A DNA stretch of 42,240 nucleotides from an uncultured archaeon (GTDB lineage Archaea > Asgardarchaeota > Hermodarchaeia > Hermodarchaeales > Hermodarchaeaceae), in NCBI GenBank assembly GCA_964347045.1, contig CAYFXC010000006.1, positions 100,425 to 142,664 on the forward strand. Reading direction: 5' to 3'. Both the position numbers and the translations under genes were made by a program. Below are positions 36,699-42,240 of the stretch, piece after piece (position 1 is the stretch's first letter; every line of letters starts with the position of its first letter). The notes beneath the pieces were generated by a model, which saw nothing but the letters and a program-made list of their open reading frames with translations, did no database searches and was not told where the DNA came from.

Positions 36699-36911
36699 TT
36701 ATTCTCGGACGCCTTCAATCATGAACGCAATCTTTACCGTAGCACGGTATTCGACGATTTTTCCATCTTTTACGACAGCAGTCATTCCGACAACATCTGC
36801 CCCGGTTAGCCCGCGAAGTGTTTCCGCAGCAGTCATGACGGCTTGATTGGCGGCATCTTCCCAGCTTTTCTTCGAGTTTCCAACTAGTTCAATGACTTTG
36901 ATAACACCCAT
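36699..36911 (-). CDS. Dodecin family protein
   Basis: 'KVIELVG.S.KSWEDAA..AV..A..TLR', 'DGKIVEYR..VKIAF'; SD AGGTGAGAGG. Confidence 0.88.
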   Translation of the reverse strand: MGVIKVIELVGNSKKSWEDAANQAVMTAAETLRGLTGADVVGMTAVVKDGKIVEYRATVKIAFMIEGVRE

Positions 36912-37094
36912 TAACAAAACCTCTCACCTTATTTGATTATAAGGGAGCTTAAGGTTTTCTATCGCAAAATTTCCTTCAAGCTTTGTGATCAGACACCATA
37001 CAACCAAAGTCTTTTTATCCAAACTCAATAAACGGCAATTCCTCTTTATAATTGTAAAGACCCCATGACATAATAAAACCTGAGGTTTATTTTG

Positions 37095-38678
37095 ATGGAT
37101 GATAGTCGATTAAACGCACGAACAACCGATGGCACCACTCTCCGCACACGGGATCCCAACCCCGTCAGTGGAATGTGTGGCCTCTGTATCCGGGACTGTA
37201 AATTCTTGTGTATGATCAGCAAATCTGCTTTTCGTGGCCACGAAGTGTTATATCCTACCAACGAATGGTTTGGACAAAGCACCGCTTCGGCAAACAAGGA
37301 CTTTGGATTAGACTGGTCAAATTTACATCTTTTAGCAGCGCTTCAAGGTGCAGAAGGCATTGAAGCTAATTCTGATATCGCTTTATTCCCCAACGCTGAT
37401 GCATCCACCTCAGTTGGTGGCATCCCACTAAAGCTACCCATGCTTATCGCGGGATTGGGCTCTACTGCGGTGGCAAAGAACCACTGGGAAGGTATTTCCA
37501 TGGGATCAGCCATGGCGGGCACAATTCAAACAGTGGGCGAGAATGTAGTGGCGATGGATAGTAATAGCGTAATCACGAATGGCGAGATAACGAAGGCACC
37601 GGATCTGAAATTCCGTGTTGATTCCTATAGGAAATTCTGGGATGGAAAGCATGGTGACATCGTGGTTCAGACGAATGTTGAAGACCAACGGCTTGGAGTT
37701 GACCTATATGCGATCTCCAAGCTTGAGGTGAATGTGATTGAACGGAAGTGGGGACAGGGCGCAAAGTCAATTGGCGGTGAGGTACGTCTGAAGACACTTG
37801 ACCGTGCAAAGTTACTCAAGAGTCGTGGTTACATAGTTCTCCCTGACCCTGAAGATCCCACTGTCCAGGAAGCCTTTAAGAGCGGAACGTTCAAGACCTT
37901 TGAACGTCACAGCCGTGTTGGTATGCCTGATATGAGCTGTGTTGAAGACATTGAATGGCTCCGTGAACAGGGTGCGAAGAAAGTCTTCTTAAAGACTGGT
38001 GCCTATCGCCCTGCCGCAACCGCTTTTGCTCTCAAGGTAGCCAGCGATGCCAAAATTGACATGCTCACTCTTGATGGTGCCGGTGGCGGAACGGGAATGA
38101 GCCCAATGGCTCATATGAATGAACTTAGCACGCCTACATTATATCTAGCAGCCCAAGTGCTGAAAGGTTGTCAGATCTTGAAGAAGAAAGGAAAGCACGT
38201 TCCAGACATTTCGATTGCAGGTGGCTTCATTCATGAAGCCCAAATTGTGAAGGCGATTGCCATGAGCAATTTCGGTGATGGTCCTTTCTTCAAAGCAGTA
38301 GCCGTTGCTCGATCTCCGTTAACTGCAGCTATGAAATCAGATTACTTCGTACAGTTAGCAAATGAGGGCAATCTACCGAAGAGCTTTATTGAAAATTATG
38401 GCGATGATCCTGAGACGTTTTTCGTTGCCTCTACATACCTGAAACATGAGTACGGCAACCGATACAAAGAGATTCCGAAGCCAGCGATTGGTGTATACAC
38501 CTACTATGAACGAATCCGTGTCGGTATCCAGCAGTTAATTGCAGTTATGCGGAAGTTTAAGTTGAATCTGGTGGACCGTAATGATCTCATGGCGTTGACG
38601 CCTCTTGCGGCTGGAGTCACGGGTATTCAGATGCCCCATCAGGTCGAGGTTGACGTCTTCGATGAGATTCTTGGCTGA
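37095..38678 (+). CDS. FMN-binding glutamate synthase family protein (stand-alone GltB-type FMN barrel)
   Basis: N-terminal CxxCxxxCxxxC, 'IERKWGQGAKSIGGE', 'FERHSRVG', 'LKTGAY', 'DGAGGGTGMSP', 'IAGG'. Confidence 0.88.
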   Translation: MDDSRLNARTTDGTTLRTRDPNPVSGMCGLCIRDCKFLCMISKSAFRGHEVLYPTNEWFGQSTASANKDFGLDWSNLHLLAALQGAEGIEANSDIALFPNADASTSVGGIPLKLPMLIAGLGSTAVAKNHWEGISMGSAMAGTIQTVGENVVAMDSNSVITNGEITKAPDLKFRVDSYRKFWDGKHGDIVVQTNVEDQRLGVDLYAISKLEVNVIERKWGQGAKSIGGEVRLKTLDRAKLLKSRGYIVLPDPEDPTVQEAFKSGTFKTFERHSRVGMPDMSCVEDIEWLREQGAKKVFLKTGAYRPAATAFALKVASDAKIDMLTLDGAGGGTGMSPMAHMNELSTPTLYLAAQVLKGCQILKKKGKHVPDISIAGGFIHEAQIVKAIAMSNFGDGPFFKAVAVARSPLTAAMKSDYFVQLANEGNLPKSFIENYGDDPETFFVASTYLKHEYGNRYKEIPKPAIGVYTYYERIRVGIQQLIAVMRKFKLNLVDRNDLMALTPLAAGVTGIQMPHQVEVDVFDEILG

Positions 38679-38707
38679 GAAATTTCTCAGCCATTCCCCT
38701 CTTTTTT
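38672..38707 (+). terminator. 22-bp perfect palindrome + U tract
   Basis: TGGCTGAGAAATTTCTCAGCCA overlaps the stop codon, then TTCCCCTCTTTTTT. Confidence 0.7.
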
Positions 38708-38732
38708 ATAATAAATTTTTGACGATAAGTGC

Positions 38733-39407
38733 CTATTCGAATTCAACTAGATCATGTGAGTCAAGTTGAACTCGGCAGATTGGACAGACACCTTTAACTT
38801 TTATATATTCTAGGAAGTGGATTCGATGAGCTAAGCCTTCACATTGGGGACATTGTAAAACTGAGTCGGTAGAGGTTATTGTTCTATCGCAAACCAAGCA
38901 GATGTGTTTTGGACCAGATCTTAGTGTTGGAGTTAATTCTATTTTAGAGCCGTCGACGAGTTCATGAGGATCTAAATCTGTTTTACAACGTGGGCAGACA
39001 CCTTTGACTTTCAGATATTCTAGAAAATGAATTCGATGGGCTCGCCCTCGACAATGAGGACAGCTGAGTGTAGAATCGAGGGGGACAATAGAACAATTAC
39101 AAACCATGCAGACAGGTTGGGGGCTGTCACAATGTGGACAAACCGTAGTTTCAGCGAGAATCGTAGCTTCACATTCAGGACACATAGTCAATTGAACGTC
39201 GAGGTATTGAGGTTGAGACTGAGAGCGTTGCGCTTGACGTTTCATCTTGGATTGTTGTCGGGGTGACCAAGTTGTGCGTGAGCGGGCTCTTTCGGGGCGC
39301 GTTTCACGTCTGGTTTTTTCACAATCTCGTGCAATTCCAACACAGACTCCTATCACTATGATAAATGTTATTAGCCAAAAGATGGCTTCAGTGACCCCAA
39401 ATTGCAA
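38733..39407 (-). CDS. Membrane-anchored zinc-ribbon + tandem RING-variant protein
   Basis: N-terminal TM; CPEC..CPHC; two copies of C-x2-C-x12-C-x2-C-x4-H-x2-H-x10-CPxC. Confidence 0.82.
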   Translation of the reverse strand: MQFGVTEAIFWLITFIIVIGVCVGIARDCEKTRRETRPERARSRTTWSPRQQSKMKRQAQRSQSQPQYLDVQLTMCPECEATILAETTVCPHCDSPQPVCMVCNCSIVPLDSTLSCPHCRGRAHRIHFLEYLKVKGVCPRCKTDLDPHELVDGSKIELTPTLRSGPKHICLVCDRTITSTDSVLQCPQCEGLAHRIHFLEYIKVKGVCPICRVQLDSHDLVEFE

Positions 39408-39532
39408 TCAAATACCCACCAACATTCCATGTACTTCTTAGAAGTTCAGGTTTATCAGTTTAGACTTTTTCCGCAAGCACAATGATATCGCTTCTATTTT
39501 ATATTATGGAAAAAATGCTTGGTAATCGATGG

Positions 39533-40795
39533 CTAGGGGAAGATACCACGCGCTTCGACGGCTTCAGTGATTCTCCTGAGGGCAACAACATAAGCAGCTG
39601 TCCGCATATGGATTTTTTCTTTTTGATGAATTTTGTAAACTTCGTCGAACGCTTGAACCATACGTTCTTCGAGCTTCCTGTTAACTTCTTCTTCGGTCCA
39701 TGATTCACGAGTCAGATTTTGGACCCATTCCATGTAGCTTACTATTACTCCACCAGCATTAGCGAGAATATCTGGAACCACAAAAACGCCATTCTTATAG
39801 AGAATGTCATCGGCCTCGGGCGTTGTGGGACCATTAGCTCCCTCACCAATAATCTTTGCTTTTATGCGAGGTGCGTTTTTAGCAAGAATCTGATTTTCAA
39901 GGGCAGCTGGAATGAGAATATCGACATCTAGTTCAAGAAGTTCTTCGTTAGATACTTTCTTTGTCCCAGTAAACCCAACTACAGACCCTGTCTTTTTTTT
40001 GTGCTCCATAACCTTTTTTGGATCAAAACCTTTGGGATTGTAAATCCCTCCTTGAGAATCACTAACCGCAACGATTTTTGAACCATATTCTGCTATGAGG
40101 ACTGCAGCATAATAGCCAACGTTACCAAAGCCTTGAATCGCAACAGTGGCTCCTTTAAGATCAAATTTTAAGTGTTTGGCAGCTTCTCGAACAGTAATAA
40201 CTGTTCCACGACTGGCAGCTTCCCGTCGACCAAGGCTTCCACCTACTGCGATAGGTTTCCCTGTTACAATTTCTGGAACAGCATACCCTTGAGCTTCAGA
40301 GTAGGTATCATATATCCACGCCATTTCGCGAGCACCAGTATAAACATCTGGGGCTGGTACATCACGATATGGACCTATAATATCTATAATTTCGTGTGTA
40401 AATCGCCGCGTTAGACGCTCCAACTCGTTATCACTCATCTCTTTGGGATTACACACAATTCCGCCTTTTGCTCCCCCATATGGAATGCCAACAACAGCAG
40501 TTTTTATTGACATCCAGATCGCCAAAGCCTTTACTTCATCAAGACAAACTAACGGATGGTAACGAATGCCACCCTTAAAAGGACCGAAGGCGTCCCAGTG
40601 CTGGACACGCATCCCGGTGAAGACTTTGACACGCCCATTATCCATACGAACAGGTAGAGAAACAATCAAGGCACGTTTAGGGTGTTTGAGAAGTTCAAGA
40701 ATATCAGGATTGAGGTTCATCCTTTTTGCTACAATATCTAGTTGCTTTTTTGCCACTTCATAGAGATTTGGGTAATCACATTCTATAGTTTCCAA
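39533..40795 (-). CDS. gdhA: Glutamate dehydrogenase (NAD(P)-dependent)
   Basis: 'GPFKGGIRYHP', 'PYGGAKGG', 'DVPAPDVYT', 'QGFGNVG', 'EGANGPTT', 'PDILANAGGV.VSY.EWVQN'. Confidence 0.97.
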   Translation of the reverse strand: METIECDYPNLYEVAKKQLDIVAKRMNLNPDILELLKHPKRALIVSLPVRMDNGRVKVFTGMRVQHWDAFGPFKGGIRYHPLVCLDEVKALAIWMSIKTAVVGIPYGGAKGGIVCNPKEMSDNELERLTRRFTHEIIDIIGPYRDVPAPDVYTGAREMAWIYDTYSEAQGYAVPEIVTGKPIAVGGSLGRREAASRGTVITVREAAKHLKFDLKGATVAIQGFGNVGYYAAVLIAEYGSKIVAVSDSQGGIYNPKGFDPKKVMEHKKKTGSVVGFTGTKKVSNEELLELDVDILIPAALENQILAKNAPRIKAKIIGEGANGPTTPEADDILYKNGVFVVPDILANAGGVIVSYMEWVQNLTRESWTEEEVNRKLEERMVQAFDEVYKIHQKEKIHMRTAAYVVALRRITEAVEARGIFP

Positions 40796-40875
40796 GATGT
40801 ATCATCTCGGGTAATTCATGTTGGGCAATCATCAATTGATGAGTTAAAAGTGCTTCCCAGTTCGTAGGGGAATAT

Positions 40876-41490
40876 CTAATGGAATCTAGGTGAAGAAACG
40901 GATCTAAGATCAGGGCGACGTTTTCTTCGGGGGCGACCTTCCTTACGTCGAAGTCTTAGCAAGGTAGCCATAGTGGAGGCGATATCTTCTCTGCGGTAAT
41001 GGTAGAGATGGTATCGAATTATGAGAAATCGGCTACGGGGATCATTGGGATTGCCGACGTGTCGGGCGAGGTGTAAGAGTTCATCATCAGACATGGATTG
41101 GAGTTTATTGGCGATTTCAGCGGAATATCGTGAAGGGAGTGGGATATTATGATTACTAATCATGCTCAAATTAGTTTTTGTCAATGAACGATCATGTGTG
41201 GTATATCCAAGTTGGACAGTTCCAGGAGCTGAAAAGGGATCCGGCTGAGGAGCTCCAGTGGTACCACTGAGCATAGCGAAAGCGACGCGGAGTTCTTGGA
41301 TAGTGTATTTGGCTATTATGGGTTTTGCTAAAATTTGTTGAATTCCTGGTTCTTTCGGGTCTCTACTGAACTTGCGAAGTAATCGGAGTTCATCCGCGGA
41401 AAGCGATGATAATTGATCAGAAAGTGTTTTAGCCCGATTAACTTTAACTCGTTTAGAAATAACAAATGGCGGACGGTTTCTATCAAACAA
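40876..41490 (-). CDS. Hypothetical protein with two copies of a ~56-aa helical repeat and an Arg-rich tail
   Basis: SD GAGGAGG before TTG; internal repeat; paralogous to 41578-42150. Confidence 0.75.
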   Translation of the reverse strand: MFDRNRPPFVISKRVKVNRAKTLSDQLSSLSADELRLLRKFSRDPKEPGIQQILAKPIIAKYTIQELRVAFAMLSGTTGAPQPDPFSAPGTVQLGYTTHDRSLTKTNLSMISNHNIPLPSRYSAEIANKLQSMSDDELLHLARHVGNPNDPRSRFLIIRYHLYHYRREDIASTMATLLRLRRKEGRPRRKRRPDLRSVSSPRFH

Positions 41491-41577
41491 GGGGTTTGTC
41501 CCTCCTCACTCGATTTGGATAATAGATTTGGCTAAATAAAGCTGTTATCGTTTCGAGGAATAATAAGAAGCGAATGG

Positions 41578-42150
41578 TTATTCGGACACATTTTCAGGAA
41601 GAGTTCGCTTAATAGCTGCGATGGTTGCCGTAACGTCTTCCCATTGATATCTATAAAGACGGTTTTTAATGATGATTAATCGTGATCTTAAATCTTGTAT
41701 CTCGTTGTAGTGGCTAAGAAGCCATTGAAAATCGTCAAATGGAATATTGATTAGAATATCACTGATTTCTTTGGTAGCTTTTGCAGAGGGGAGTGGAGGA
41801 GATTCATCAGAAGGGGAGAGAAAGCGTTGAGGAGGAAGGGCTTGAGCGTCTTTAATAGGTTGCCATGGTTTAGCATTTTCGTACCCAAGTGGTTTTTCAC
41901 TCAATGGAAGCTTATGGACTCCATCAAGAGCTGCGAGGGCGAGTCTAAGTTCGTAAATGGAATATTCATCAAGTAGTGCCGAAGAGATAATTTTTTTGGC
42001 TTCTCCATCATTTGGAGTTTTATAAATTCGACGTAAAAGAACAAGATCATTTTTGGGGAGAAGGGCAAGTTTATTGGAAAGCTCTCGTGTTCGTTTTACT
42101 GGCACCTGAATAATAGTATCAATATCCTCAGTTTGTTTACTAGGGCACAT
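41578..42150 (-). CDS. Hypothetical protein, paralogue of 40876-41490
   Basis: SD GGTGAG before ATG; same two-repeat architecture with 'PLPS' linker and 'D.RSR..II...LY.Y..ED...T.A'. Confidence 0.78.
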   Translation of the reverse strand: MCPSKQTEDIDTIIQVPVKRTRELSNKLALLPKNDLVLLRRIYKTPNDGEAKKIISSALLDEYSIYELRLALAALDGVHKLPLSEKPLGYENAKPWQPIKDAQALPPQRFLSPSDESPPLPSAKATKEISDILINIPFDDFQWLLSHYNEIQDLRSRLIIIKNRLYRYQWEDVTATIAAIKRTLPENVSE

Positions 42151-42240
42151 ACGAACTCACCACACTCCCCCGTTTTGAGGAATAAAGCGATATTTAGGTC
42201 TTCGCTTTTTTGACGTGAAACTATTCATTTAGCATCATTT

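Noticed and set aside
1433-40763. Numerous short overlapping or antisense ORFs in the ORF track
   Set aside because: They lie within well-supported genes on another frame or strand and have no recognisable motifs (shadow ORFs).

Overview
Archaeal chromosomal segment, inferred from BRE/TATA promoters, GAGGTGA ribosome-binding sites, cdhE and a TackOD1-like domain. The giant Ig-repeat surface protein, membrane RING-finger protein and 7TM proteins point to an Asgard-type lineage (inference). Housekeeping content: orphan cdhE, CDF transporter, PfkB kinase, PadR-ABC2 exporter operon with a tandem operator, two GNATs, nitronate monooxygenase family, RidA, ferredoxin, nadA-nadC-nadE, FtsX/LolD-type ABC pair, dodecin, FMN-binding glutamate synthase family protein and gdhA. 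Unusual elements: (i) two apparently related ~260-280 nt UCC-rich structured non-coding units (27405-27680, 28845-29100) flanking a 7TM gene and next to a TackOD1-Lrp regulator; (ii) a structured RNA upstream of cdhE; (iii) a 7-bladed FG-GAP propeller membrane protein with a cytoplasmic C2H2 finger; (iv) a membrane-anchored tandem RING-variant protein; (v) a nine-PAS protein with no output domain, split by one in-frame TAA; (vi) a 2690-aa surface protein with 5x98-aa tandem repeats; (vii) two paralogues built from an unrecognised ~56-aa helical repeat. Two decayed genes are visible. No rRNA, tRNA, CRISPR array or transposase was recognised.
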